From NCBI GenBank assembly GCA_951406725.2, contig OX597834.1, positions 38,688,001 to 38,752,000 on the forward strand: a stretch of DNA of 64,000 nucleotides, given 5' to 3'. Both the position numbers and the translations under genes were made by a program. This DNA comes from Octopus vulgaris (Eukaryota). Position 1 is the stretch's first letter. Every line of letters begins with the position of its first letter. The notes under the pieces were generated by a model that was not told the DNA's origin, ran no database searches, and was given only the letters and a program-made list of their open reading frames with translations. Shown piece after piece: positions 42,295 through 55,084 of the stretch.

Positions 42295-42411
42295 TTATAA
42301 TAATATTAATATTATTATTATTATTATTATCATTATTGTTATTATTATTATTAATATTATTATTATTATTGTCGTTGTTGTTATAACAACAGCAACACCA
42401 CCATCACCACC

Positions 42412-42459
<48 letters not shown>

Positions 42460-42543
42460 AATAATAATAATAATAATAAACAACAACAATAATAATAAAC
42501 AACAACAACAACAATAATAAACAACAACAACAACAACAACAAC

Positions 42544-42584
<41 letters not shown>

Positions 42585-42800
42585 TAATAATAATAATAAT
42601 AATAATAATAAACAACAATAACAACGACAGGAGCAGCAGTAGCAGCAGCAACAACGTTAACAATAGCAACACGGTTGTTAATAATAGCAATAAGATAACA
42701 GCAACAACAACAACAACAATAAAGATGCTTAACAATAACAACAAGAGGAACGACCGGGAGAAAAAAAAAGCACCACCACCAACAACAACAACAACAATAA
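41945..42800. repeat. Compound CTG/CTA/TAA/CAA trinucleotide tracts
   Basis: Direct reading. Confidence 0.95.
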
Positions 42801-43038
42801 ATATGGAGGCTGTTTAATTATGGTGAAAGATGGAGAAGAGGCGGGGTGGGGTGGAGAGAGAGAGTAGGCAGGGCAGGGATTCAATCGTAAAAGACGTTTA
42901 AAGGAATTATGGGAAAACCTTTGACTAATTTTTTTTTTTTCTAACGAAGAATTCATTGTAAAATTGTGACAATGTGAAATATTTAGGAGTTGTGACTCTA
43001 AGAGTGACTGTGTGCCAGGTTATCTGTGCGAGTGTTTA

Positions 43039-43115
<77 letters not shown>

Positions 43116-43134
43116 CTATCTATCTATCTATCTA

Positions 43135-43267
<133 letters not shown>

Positions 43268-43722
43268 AAAGTCAAGATAGAAAATGCTAAAATAATTTTA
43301 GAAAAAAAAAACATTTCAGTACCGGTTTTACCCATTGAGACTTTTTCAACTGTAACAATTAAACAATTAAATTTAGAAAAATTAAAAGAAAAATTTTTTT
43401 AAAAGAATATTTGCATAGTGTTCAAATACAAGAGACAATTTCCTTGTTTCTGTCTGTTTCTGTCTCACTTGTTTACTCTTGTGGGTTCGAGGTCATTGTG
43501 AATTCTTGGTAGTGAAGAAGAAGAAGAAGAAGAAGAAGAAGAAGAAGAAGAAGAAGAAGAAGAAGAAGAAGAAGAAGAAGAAGAAGAATGTGGGAGTGCC
43601 ATGACAGTAGTATTTTGAATGGTCAGCAAATGTCCCACAGTGGATGGTAGCAGTCGCTGTTCAATTCATGAAAATATTTCCGTCTTTAACCATAATTAAA
43701 CGGCTTTCGTGTTTATTATTGT

Positions 43723-43754
<32 letters not shown>

Positions 43755-44763
43755 GTGTGTCCACTCGGTGTAATCTGTCTAGTACTGGGGTCTCGTATTT
43801 GACAGATTCCACTGAGTGGACACATAGACATAAGTGCAAAAAGTAAGTTCCCCAATTTCCAGGTCTTCTCACTCTACCTTTGTCCAGCGAATACCACAGA
43901 TGAAGTACAGATAAACAAAGGAAATAGTTAAAGTCCCGGGATCGATCTGTTCGACCGAAAACCCTTCTGGGCGATGTCCCAGCATTAACGCAGTCCAATG
44001 ACAGAATCAAATGAAAGATAATAAAAAAAAACCTAAATAAATGAATAAATAGGTTTTTGTGGCGAAATGAGAGTTGGAGGAAATTTTGGAAGTGTTGTTG
44101 TTGGTGGTGGTGGTGGTGGTGGTGGTAGAGAAGGAGGAGGAGGAGGAGGAGATTAGAGAAAGAGAAATGTAAAGATATGGTAAGACAAAGTGAGAGGGGA
44201 CGGAAAGGAAGAAAAAGAACAACTACAACAGTAACAAGAACAAGAGGAAAAAGACGAGGCGAAGAAGAAGAACAACAACAACAACAATAACAACAACAAT
44301 TATAACAGCAACATCAGAATCAGGGGAGGAGGAGGAGAAAATAAGGTAAGAAGAAGAAGAAGAAGAAGAAGGAGGAGGAGGAAGAAAATGAGGGGAAGGA
44401 GGGTTAGAAGAGCGATTCTATAAGTATACTTTTGGGTGGGGATAAACTGGTGCTGCCCTCTGGAGGAGAATAATCAGGTTTATTCGACTAGTTGTTATTG
44501 TCTGGTTGGCAACCGTATGTGCCCACTGACCGACTGACCTGACACAGATCTCGTCTACATCAATTATTTTCTCTCTTTCCCCGGCTTGTTGTTTTTTGTT
44601 TTGTTTTTGTTTTTTTCCTCTCCCCTCTCCCCCCCCTCTCTCTCTCTTCCTGCCTGTCTTTCTCTCTTCGCTGTTTTTGCCTCTTTGTTTCTTTATTTCC
44701 ATTTATCAAACCCACCACCGCCATTTTCCCTTTCACTCTTCACCCACATGTGACTACGCGTTA

Positions 44764-44834
<71 letters not shown>

Positions 44835-44914
44835 TCTGTGTGTGTTTCTATGTGTATGCGTACAGACACACATTTCCGAGGTATAACCAGACGTTTTTAT
44901 ATCTTTCATTTTTT

Positions 44915-45130
44915 TTTTTTACTTGTTTCACTCATTACACTGCGGCCATGCTGGGGCACCGTCTTGCAGAACTTTTAGTCGAATGAATCGACCGTCAGAA
45001 CCTTTATTTTATTTTATTTATTTTTTTAAGCCTTGTAGTTATTCTAGCGGTCTGTTTTGCCAAACCATTAAGTTACGGGGACGTAAACACAGCAACACCA
45101 GTCGTCAAGTGGTGGTAGGTGACAAACACA
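44915..45130 (-). mobile_element. SINE family B, 3' half
   Basis: ACTTGTTTCA..CATT..ACTGCGGCCATGCTGGGGCACCG...AAGTTACGGGGACGTAAACAC. Confidence 0.8.
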
Positions 45131-45253
45131 AGCATAGAAACTCCATACGCGCGAACACACACAGATACACACATATATGCCCCAGCATGACCGCAGCCTT
45201 AAAGCTGAAACAATTTAAAGAACATATATGTGTGTGGTGCCATATATATATAT

Positions 45254-45344
<91 letters not shown>

Positions 45345-45349
45345 GATAT

Positions 45350-45409
<60 letters not shown>

Positions 45410-45470
45410 TATATAAATATATGTATATATATATATATAGCTGAAACTGGAAAAATATATATATATTTAT

Positions 45471-45570
45471 TCCCACTGCGTGGCACCTTGAGCATGTGCG
45501 TTTTACTATAGCCTCGAGCCGACCAAAGCCTTGTGAGTGGAATTGGTAGATGGAAGCTGAAAGAAGCCCG

Positions 45571-45626
<56 letters not shown>

Positions 45627-45846
45627 GCTGTGTATATGTTTGTGTGTCTGGCTTTGTCCCCCCAACATCGCTTGACAACCGATGCTGGTGTGTTTACGTC
45701 CACGTAACTTAGCGGTTCGGCAAAAGGGACCGATAGCATAAGTACTAGGCTTACAAAGAATAAGTCCTAGGGTCGATTTGCTCGACTAAAGACGGTGCTT
45801 CAGCATGGCCGCAATCAAATGACTGAAACAAGTAAAAGAGTAAAAG
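45471..45846 (+). mobile_element. SINE family B, 5'-truncated
   Basis: High identity to 53132-53546. Confidence 0.9.
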
Positions 45847-45891
45847 ATATATATATAAAATCAAAATAAGCAACAAGGATATCCATATGTA

Positions 45892-45982
45892 ATGCGGTAC
45901 GATCGTTTCATGCGACTCCATTTAATTGAACAATGCAAGTATTACATCAGTTTTAAAATGTAGAGCAATCTTCAGCTGCATA
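45892..45982 (-). ncRNA. Type I hammerhead ribozyme motif
   Basis: AUGCAG-CUGAAGA-UUGC..~50 nt..GCAU-GAAA-CGAUCG-UA-CCGCAU. Confidence 0.75.
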
Positions 45983-46068
45983 AAAATATAGAATTTTGTT
46001 AAATTTAAAAGATTCATTGGAATAACTATAAAAATGAATCTTTTAAATTCAACTAAATTCTATATTTT

Positions 46069-46160
46069 TATGCAGCTGAAGATTGCTCTACATTTTAAAA
46101 CTGATGTAATACTTGCAGTGTTCAATTAAATGGAGTCGCATGAAACAATCGTACCGCATA
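46069..46160 (+). ncRNA. Type I hammerhead ribozyme motif
   Basis: UAUGCAG-CUGAAGA-UUGC..~50 nt..GCAU-GAAA-CAAUCG-UA-CCGCAUA. Confidence 0.72.
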
Positions 46161-46329
46161 ACCTCTGGATATCCTTGTCGCTTATTTTGATTATAAACAC
46201 CCCATTTTGAATTATATGGATAATACCATACTAAATTCTGGTACCTTTAACTTAAGTGCCATATTGAACTGAATCTAAACTTTTACTGAACACATATATA
46301 TACACATACATACATGCAAACATACGTTC

Positions 46330-46383
<54 letters not shown>

Positions 46384-46570
46384 TTCCCCTTGTTTACAAT
46401 TAAAACGAAAAAAAATAGATAAATAGTTACTAGGGTAGCAAAAAATCACACAAGTAAAAAGGGCGTAACACCTTGTTTTTAAAGGTTGAAACTCCGGGTT
46501 TACGTGAAATGTTTTGTATAATATATATAAATAAATAAATGGAGTTAAAAGCAGGTGTTATTCAAATTTT

Positions 46571-46665
46571 TTTACTTCCGACACATGTTTCGAAGATATC
46601 ATTGGTATTATTCCAAAGAAATAAAATGGTGTAAAACAATGTAATCTTCTCTTCAGGGAAATAAA
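46571..46665 (-). ncRNA. Type I hammerhead ribozyme, intact canonical core
   Basis: UUUAUUUCC-CUGAAGA-GAAGAU..CAUUG...CAAUG..AUCUUC-GAAA-CAUGUG-UC-GGAAGUAAA: 9-bp helix I, extended helix II, GUC cleavage triplet. Confidence 0.85.
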
Positions 46666-46964
46666 ATTCGTCAATAAGACATTTTAACAGAATATGATGG
46701 ATATGTAAAGTGATGAACTGGACGCTATTAAGTTGTTTTGTTTTTTTAAACCGTTAGAGGATATAACGTCAAAGGCAGCCTATAAAAAGAGGAGGGGCAA
46801 AGGAAATGAAAAAATCAGAAACCAAATAAAGGAGAAGTATAGAACTCTATGTACATTAAATAAAACTCTAAAGTCTTGGAAAAAGATATATCTAGTGAAA
46901 GTGAAATGTAAGAAGAAAATCGATGTTTAAATTATATATAATGATAGATATCACTTATATGAAC

Positions 46965-47552
46965 TAAAGGTGTGTTTCTGCCTAATGTTTACATCGGTAA
47001 GTACGCTCTATAACCGTGTTTACAAGGGGATTTTTAGAAAAAAGAATAAAAAATAGTTCACAATTACGAAGACAGAATTCCTTGCCTTTATCATAAGGGA
47101 ACGAAATTGAGAGAATCAACCAATCTAAATTGAATTGTTTATTATGGTCTTTTAGATACCAAATTAATTTACTAAATCTTGTACTGTTATGTTTATTCCT
47201 ATCCCTAAATGTAGAGTAATGATTAGAAATTATTTTTAGAATTACTTGATATAAACTTAATTCTGTTCGAATTGACTTCAGAGACAATAACCTTGTTATT
47301 AATATTTCTAGGGGGATATATGGTATTAGTTAAATTAATCTTAGTATTATTAAATGCATTCTTATTTAACAGGTTAATATTATGTGAGGAGATAATTTGT
47401 AAGAGATTTTTTGTGTTGGAAAAATCAATCCTAACCGTGTGCGAGTTGATAATAGAGTAATGCCTAGAATTCTTTAGAAAATTCCTAATAATAGCTTCCC
47501 GAAACTGCAAAGGAAGATTAGATTTAATTTGCTTCCCATAAGGAATAATCAA
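46965..47552 (-). pseudogene. Penelope-like element ORF C-terminus (linker and degenerate GIY-YIG endonuclease region), Naiad-like
   Basis: IIPYGKQIKSNL...IINSHTVRIDFSNTKNLLQIISSHN and NHYSTFRDRNKHNSTRFSKLIWYLKD...WLIL..PYDKG..FCL...E...I...N......RCKH; the GIY/YIG residues themselves are not preserved. Confidence 0.8.
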
Positions 47553-47809
47553 TCAAATAGTTTTACTATTAGTTGCCTTATTTTTAGTGTAACTATCTTT
47601 AAAAGACATCGATTTACCTTTAGAATGAAAAAAGGGATTTAAATAAGTGTTATCTTCCTTCCTCTGTTCGATGTTGGTATATAAATTAAAATTGATATCG
47701 TTTATATCCTTACAACTAGATTTCATATCTCCATGATTGAATGGAATTAATGTTGGTAACTTCCTCTGTATAACCTGCTTTAAGTAATGCAGAGTCATAA
47801 ATTGAGCCT

Positions 47810-47915
47810 TATCATTGAATGTTGTAACTAGGGCGATGATCTTTTTCATCTCATGCATATTCTTTGCACAAATTTTCAAGTTATCCATGAAGAAACGATT
47901 TGTAATTTTGGTATT
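47810..47915 (-). pseudogene. RT catalytic-motif fragment, R4/Dong-like
   Basis: [31 protein letters not shown] resembles HLxYMDDLKLYAKN. Confidence 0.6.
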
Positions 47916-47917
47916 TC

Positions 47918-48470
47918 TGTATGTATGTATGTATGTATGTATGTATGTATGTATGTATGTATGTACGTATGTATGTATGTATGTATGTATGTATGCATTA
48001 GGTAATGTATGTATGTATGTATGTGTGTATGTATGCATTATGTAATGTATGTATGTATGTATGTATGTATGTACGTATGTATGTATGTATGTGTGTATGT
48101 ATGTATGTATGTATGCATGTATGTATGCATTATGTAATGTATGTATGTATGTATGCATTAGGTAATGTATGTATGTATGTATGTGTGTATGTATGTATGT
48201 ATTCATGTATGTATGTATGCATTATGTAATGTATGTATGCATTATGTAATGTATGTATGTATGTATGCATGTATGTATGTATTATGTAATGTATGTATGC
48301 ACGCATGTATGTATGTATGTATGTATGTATGTATGTATGTATGTATGTATGCATGCATGTATGTATGTATGTATGTATGTGTGTATGTATGTATGTATGC
48401 ATGTATGTATGTATGCATTATGATATGTATGTATGTATGCATTATGTAATGTATGTATGTATGTGTATAT
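47918..48470. repeat. (TATG)n array with recurring CATTATGTAATG variants
   Basis: Direct reading. Confidence 0.95.
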
Positions 48471-49354
48471 GTAGATATTGTCTTATGTTGTATCGACAAA
48501 TGTCATTATGAATACATAGAAAATGCCGACTGTAGCGAAAATCCTCTTCAAACGTTTTAGCATACCTATTTCAAATCTCGAGAGTAAATTCATCATCGTG
48601 TTTTTTTTACGCTCAGTGTAATTGCATCGCAGAACATTGTATATTATCATTCACTTGGTAATTAATTCGACTTTCATTAACAATGGAAAATAGATTTTAA
48701 AAAACAAAATCTTGATAATTATCAAATTTGTTCAATGTCTACTTGAAACGAAAAAAAGTATTAAAAAAAAAAAAACGGCTTCAATATTACTTTTAAAAAT
48801 AGAACCACAAAAAAATGTAATAATAATACAGTAGAAGGATAACACTTCTAAAATGTAGGAAGGACGAAATATTCTAAAGCAAACAAAGTGTAATCAATGC
48901 CTCTTAAATAATCGAGTATTTCGCCATTTTGGAAGTCATTGAAAATACGTTGCTTCATGTTTTTCCGTTTGTCTTGTGTTGCGCAATTTCTATAGCGACG
49001 ATATTCTGTTGCGTTTCTACTTCGTTCGGTTTTGTTTTCCTTTTGATGAATAACGGCGTATTTTCTTCTCGGTTGCCAGAAAGGATTGAGCAAGGATCTG
49101 CGAGTGGAGTTTTTGAGAAGTTTGTTTTGTAACTACGTGGTTTCGGGTTCAGTCCCACTACGCCGCGCCATGATCCAGTTGTCTTCTGTTTTATCCCCAA
49201 ACTGATCAATACCTTGTGAGTAAATTTGACAGAGGGAAAATGTGTGTGTGTGTATGTATGTATGTATGTATGTATGTATGCGCGCGCATGTGTGTGTATG
49301 TTTGTGTTTGTGTGTGTGTGTGTGTTTGTAATTTATTTGCCTCTCGACAAAATA

Positions 49355-49820
49355 TTGATTTCACCAGGATCCAAAAAGCTGTGATGGATGAGACCGGCCG
49401 CAGACCACCAAGCAGTCACCATGACCTTGTTTTGGTGCAACTTTGGCTTCGGGAAGTGCCGTGGGGCTTTGTCGGCGTCCAACCACTGAGCTGAGCGTCG
49501 CCAGTTGTTGTAACCCGGTCGAGAAACGGGTCATTCTTGTTGCGTAAAAAGAAGGGAAGATGGCACTTCGAAACGGCGTTTTTTTTTTTTTTGTCGTTCA
49601 ATTCGTGCGGCACCCATTTCTCAAATATTATTGTTTTTCCAATCTCTTTCAAGTGGTTGGAAATTGTCATATACATTACGTCTAATTCAGAAGCAAGCTC
49701 TCGAACAGTTGTGCGTTGATTGACTTCGACTAAGGCTCTTAGTTGATCGTTGTCAACATCCGATGGCCGACCACTATGCTTATCATCTTCAAGACTCTCG
49801 TCACCGCTACGAACTTTCTT
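49355..49820 (-). mobile_element. Mariner internal fragment, Hsmar1/cecropia-like
   Basis: KFRSGDESLEDDKHSGRPSDVDNDQLRALVE...WVPHEL...LRNKNDPFLDRVTT...KVMVTAWWSAAGLIHHSFLDPGE. Confidence 0.88.
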
Positions 49821-49979
49821 GACAACCTAATATTATATATATATTTAATCAGGACATCACCATCTGTGCAAACAACATGAACTACGTAAACAACGAGAGA
49901 AAAAAATGGAAATCAGGACAAGTAATAAACACTCACACACACACACACTCTCTCTCTCTCTCGCTCTCTCTCTCTCTCA

Positions 49980-50084
<105 letters not shown>

Positions 50085-50128
50085 TAGATAGACAGATAGA
50101 TATATATATGTATGTATGTATGTACATA

Positions 50129-50168
<40 letters not shown>

Positions 50169-50177
50169 CATATTTAC

Positions 50178-50265
<88 letters not shown>

Positions 50266-50369
50266 ATAGAGATAGAGAGAGAGCAAGAAGAGGGGAAACG
50301 AAACATAACAAACACATACAAACATAAGTACAAGTAAATATATACCGAAAAATCTCCTCCCTATTCCCC

Positions 50370-51054
50370 CCCACCACCACCACCTCTACCACCACCACCA
50401 CCACCTCTACCACCACCACCACCACCTCTACCACCACCATCACCACCTCTACCACCACCACCACCACCTCTACCACCACCACCACCACCTCTACCACCAC
50501 CACCACCACCTCTACCACCACCATCACCGCCGCCGCACACAGTATTTAATATCAACCTACATTCCACTTTAACCAACTTTCTGTCAGCCATTTGACCCAG
50601 TTCTTACAGGTTGATTTAGTTTCTATCTTGCCCCCCCCCCCCATGATGACCTACTTCTGCTCCACCGTCCTATTTATCACAAATAATAAGCCCCCTTCAT
50701 ATAAATATACACCCTACTAAATTATTTACTCGCCATTAGAATACCGCCGGCTGCACTACCACCGGCAACAACAACGCAAACACAACGGTACACTGTCATT
50801 ACCTGCCCCCCCCCCATCCATACCATTATCTTCAGGACCACCGTCATCTCCACCAACACCATCAATAATGCCATCAATGGCACCACCATCACCTTCAATG
50901 ACAGCACCGCCACCACCACCATCACCACCACCACCAACAACAACAATAGCATCACCACCACCATCACCCTCACCACTTTCATCAACCTCACCACTTCCAT
51001 CACCAACACCATCACCACCACCACCGCTGTCAACACATCCACCATCATCATCAA

Positions 51055-51086
<32 letters not shown>

Positions 51087-51470
51087 CCATTGCCACCACA
51101 AGTCAACCTCACCGCTTCCACCACTACCACCACCATCACCACTACCACTATCAGTAATACAACCAACAACAACAATAACACTACCATCACCACCACTACC
51201 AACAACAACATCAACAACAACAACACCACCATCACCACCGCCATCACCACCACCATCACTACCACCATCACCACCACCATCACCCATCACCCTCACCAGC
51301 ACCAGCACCGCCACTAACACTACCATCACCACCACCACCACCACCACCAATAACAATACCACCATCACCATTACCACCAACAACAACACCCTCACCACCG
51401 TCCTCTCCACCACCACCATCTTCACCACCACCACCATCTTCGCCACCGCCGTCACCACCATCATCACCAT
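50370..51470. repeat. 21-bp (ACC)6TCT minisatellite (50370-50525) and (CAC/CAA/CAT)n tract (50820-51470)
   Basis: Direct reading. Confidence 0.93.
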
Positions 51471-51477
51471 GTGTATA

Positions 51478-51752
51478 GGCGCAGCGTGGCTGTATGGTAA
51501 GAAGCTTACTTCCCAACAACATGACTCCGGTTTCAGTTCCATTGCGTGGCACCTTGGACAAGTGTCGAGCCGACCAAAGCTTTGTGAGTGGATTTAGTAG
51601 ACGGAAACTGAAAGAAGCCCGTCGTATATATATGTATATATTTGTGTGTGTGACCGTGCTTGTCCCTACTCCATCGCTTGACAAAAGATATTGGTGTGTT
51701 TACGTCCCCGTAACTTTGCGGTTCATCAAAACAGACCGATAGAATAAGTACT
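51478..51752 (+). mobile_element. SINE family B, diverged and 3'-truncated
   Basis: GGCGCAGCGTGGCTGTATGGTAAG...ACCGATAGAATAAGTAC. Confidence 0.85.
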
Positions 51753-52040
51753 ATATTTTAATTAAGCTTAAATGATAGAGCTCGATTCGAGGAATTTCAT
51801 GGCATCAATCTCATGCAATGAAGTTTTAAGAGAAAACAGTTATGAGTGATTGTTTCTCAAATTTGTGGCTGATAATAGAGTTCTATACTTTTTTGTGAAT
51901 ATAGTTTTATAAGGGGACTTTTCATATATGTCACCGGTGTCATTGAGGTAAGGAAAAAATTATCAACGACACCGCTAATTGACACGTTTGACACATTGTT
52001 AATTAGCATAATAGCAAAGCCTGGGAAAAAACATGGATTA

Positions 52041-52868
52041 CACGGAAAAATGCGAGCAAGAGAAATAATATTCTTAAGATTATAAACCAGTAAAAGTACA
52101 GGACAAGTTATTACATCTGGTAAAGTACAGAACAAGAACATTTTTACTTAAAATATTGCAGCTAAGGATAAAATTTTAATATTAAAAATTATTTGATTTT
52201 AATTTACAACATAATTAAAAAACGGTACAGTCATTTTGTTAAAATATTGACACACTAGAATACTTATAAAATCAGAACCAGAAGTACCAATATAGCTAAA
52301 GTTTTATGCAAAGTAACAGTATATATGGTAGGCAAATTCATTATGTTAAAAAAAAGGCATTGGGTCAAGACTAAAAATGTGAAGACTTGGCAGTAACTTA
52401 GGTAATAACTCGAGCAAATTTCACTGTGAATTTGTTGTTATAGATAGATTTTACTGTAATATATAATGAATTTTTGTATTATTCTATTTATTGTACTAAT
52501 TGATTATGTACTACTATTATTTTATAACCTATTTTCAAATTTCTAATTATTTATTAATAATTAAAAAAATGAATTTTTTTAAAGTGCACAAATATTTTGA
52601 GTTATTTTTAATTTTTAATTGAAGTGACAACTAATAAATAGAAGTAATAACTTGTAATAAAATGTTTAGTTTTAATAAAAGCTCATATTTTCTAAATCTA
52701 AATATTTTATTTGAAATTTTATCCTTAGCTGCAATATTTTAAGTAAAAATTTTCTTCTTCTGTACTTTACCAGATGTCCTGAACTTTTCCAAGTGTAATA
52801 ACTTGTCCTGTACTTTTCCAGGTTTATAATCTTAAAAATATTTTTTCTCTTGCTCGCAGTTTTCCATG
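52041..52868. mobile_element. Non-autonomous DNA transposon/MITE (~830 bp) with ~135-155 bp TIRs
   Basis: 52041-52176 (CACGGAAAAATGCGAGCAAGAG...) is inverted relative to 52714-52868 (...CTCTTGCTCGCAGTTTCCATG); TA on both flanks; AT-rich non-coding interior. Confidence 0.85.
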
Positions 52869-53131
52869 TAATATAGATATAGATGTGTGTGTATGGATTT
52901 AGTGCGAATCTTTATTTAGCATGATTATCGTTTCGACCATCCTGCATCTGTACCACAGATGTAGATTATTGTGCATCTGGTTGCGTTGCAGCAATCAGTA
53001 GAGGCTGATTATCATGACTATAGACTCAACAAACAACTGTGGATTTCCTGTGAAAATCGTATCGTTACTGTGGATGACATTAGGTAACCCAATAAGCATA
53101 CCCCCAAAGTTACACACACACACACACACAT

Positions 53132-53546
53132 GCGCAGGAGTGGCTGTGTGGTAAGTAGCTTGCTTACCAACCACATGGTTCCGGGTTCAGTCCCACTGCG
53201 TGGCACCTTGGGCAAGTGTCTTCTACTATAGCCTCGGGCCAACCAAAGCCTTGTGAGTGGATTTGGTTGGCGGAAACTGAAAGATGCACGTTGTATATAT
53301 GTATATATGTATATATATATTTGTGTGTGTGTGTGTGTGTTTTTGTATCCCCCCCCCCAACATCGCTTGACAACCGATGCTGTTGTGTTTATGTCCCCGT
53401 AACTTAGCGGTTCGCCAAAAGAGACCGATTGAATAAGTACTAGGCTTATAAAGAGTAAGTCCTGGGGTCGATTTGCTCGACTAAAGGCGGTGCTCCAGCA
53501 TGGCCACAGTCAAATGACTGAAACAAGTAAAAGAGTAAAAAGAGTA
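53132..53546 (+). mobile_element. SINE family B, full length
   Basis: A-box TGGCTGTGTGG, B-box-like GGTTCAGTCCC, CORE-like ACCTTGGGCAAG, internal TA/TG tract, (GTAAAAGA) tail. Confidence 0.92.
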
Positions 53547-54074
53547 ACGAGTAATAGCGCCCTGTGGATTAACTGCTCCGTCATAACACGAGATGAGATA
53601 AGAAATCTTAATTGGAAACCAAGGAAACCAAGGAAGATGATGCATAGCGTTTTGATGTAAGTAACTTTTTTCATCTGTTGCGAAGTTCTTACAAGTTCCA
53701 GCTGGTAAGAATCATGTGTAGTACGACTGTCAGAAATCTTCAACATAACATAACCTTCAACTTCTTAATCTTATATTATAAAGCGAGACATTTCTGGAGA
53801 AAATTCTTTGGAATGCTTTTGTTTTTTTTTTTCATGGAATTTCCGTACTTTAAGAATCAGGAGAAAGAATGTTTAAGTAAAGCGTAACAGCTGTTTCTAG
53901 TGAGGATTCTACCACGTGAAAATATCTTAAAGCAGCTAATAGCTTCAACATGAGCTACAAACGATTTAACAACCCTTTTCGATATATTTTTACGGGTGTA
54001 AACATCTCTTCAGGCTGTTATCGTCTATAACTGTTCCTTTCCGTAATCGAACGAACATCCATTTATAAACGCAG

Positions 54075-54710
54075 GTCCAAGTGTTTTACATACAAAATTT
54101 CCTGCAACTGTCATGGTCTTAGTGGTTGTCAGCAATGAAGGACATGTGATGCCTCCTTACTTCTTTCCACAAGACCTTAAGAGTTAACTCTGCCGCCTAC
54201 ATTGAGGTCCTGGAAATAACTGTTAAACCCTTGATAGACAGTGTATGCAATGGAAGGGCAGGTGTGTTTCTGTAAGACTCTGCATTGTTACATCTGGCTC
54301 AAGTAATACAGGAATGGATGGCTAAAAATTTTCCTGGTCACATAATCCCTAACATTTGGCCTCTTAATTCCCCAGATCTGAATCCATTGGACTTTTACAT
54401 GTGGAGCGTTGTTGAGAGAGAAGTCAATGAACATGCCCATAACACCAATGGTTATATGAAAGCTGCCATAGTCTGAGTAATGTCCAAAATGAACCAGGAC
54501 CACTTGATTCGAGCATGTAGATGATTTAGATCTCATATAGAAGCAGTTGTGGAAGTTGAAAGTGGGTTTTATTGAATAACATTATAGAAAAGAAAGTTTA
54601 TTTTTAGCCTCATAACATTTTTTGATAAATAAATTTATTATCTGTTATTATATATCTGTTTTTTTATTTTTTTACAAACAAATCTGTCCTGAAACATGTT
54701 ACGCACCCTG
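54075..54710 (+). mobile_element. maT (DD37D) transposon 3' half with right terminus
   Basis: TKFPATVMV...DSALLHLA...WPLNSPDLNPLDFYMWS; second D (54276) and third D (54390) are separated by 37 residues; ends ...GCACCCTG. Confidence 0.88.
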
Positions 54711-54753
54711 TGTGTATATATGTACGTATGTATATATGTATGTATATATGTTT

Positions 54754-54796
<43 letters not shown>

Positions 54797-55053
54797 CGTA
54801 CGTAACGCTCTTGCCAATAGTTACTTTTAGTATGGAAACATGGAAGCAATATAACAATGTGATGCATGCTGTAGTAGTAGTAGTAGTAGCTGTTTTGGTC
54901 TTTGTTGTTGTTGTCGACAATTGCTGTTATTGTTATTGTTGTTGTAGGAGGTTGAATTAATAACGAAAACAAGCAGCATCAGCATGAATAACAACAGCAA
55001 TATCATCATCATCATCATCATCATCATCACCTTCTGCAGCAGCAACAGCAGCG

Positions 55054-55084
<31 letters not shown>

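Larger units (their letters stand above)
45858..46193. repeat. Inverted repeat (~160 bp arms, 14 nt spacer), each arm carrying a hammerhead
   Basis: 45858-46018 is the near-perfect reverse complement of 46033-46193. Confidence 0.95.

Noticed and set aside
46665-47290. Selenocysteine recoding/SECIS as in some Naiad elements
   Set aside because: No TGA at a cysteine-equivalent position in the surviving fragment and no SECIS recognisable by eye.
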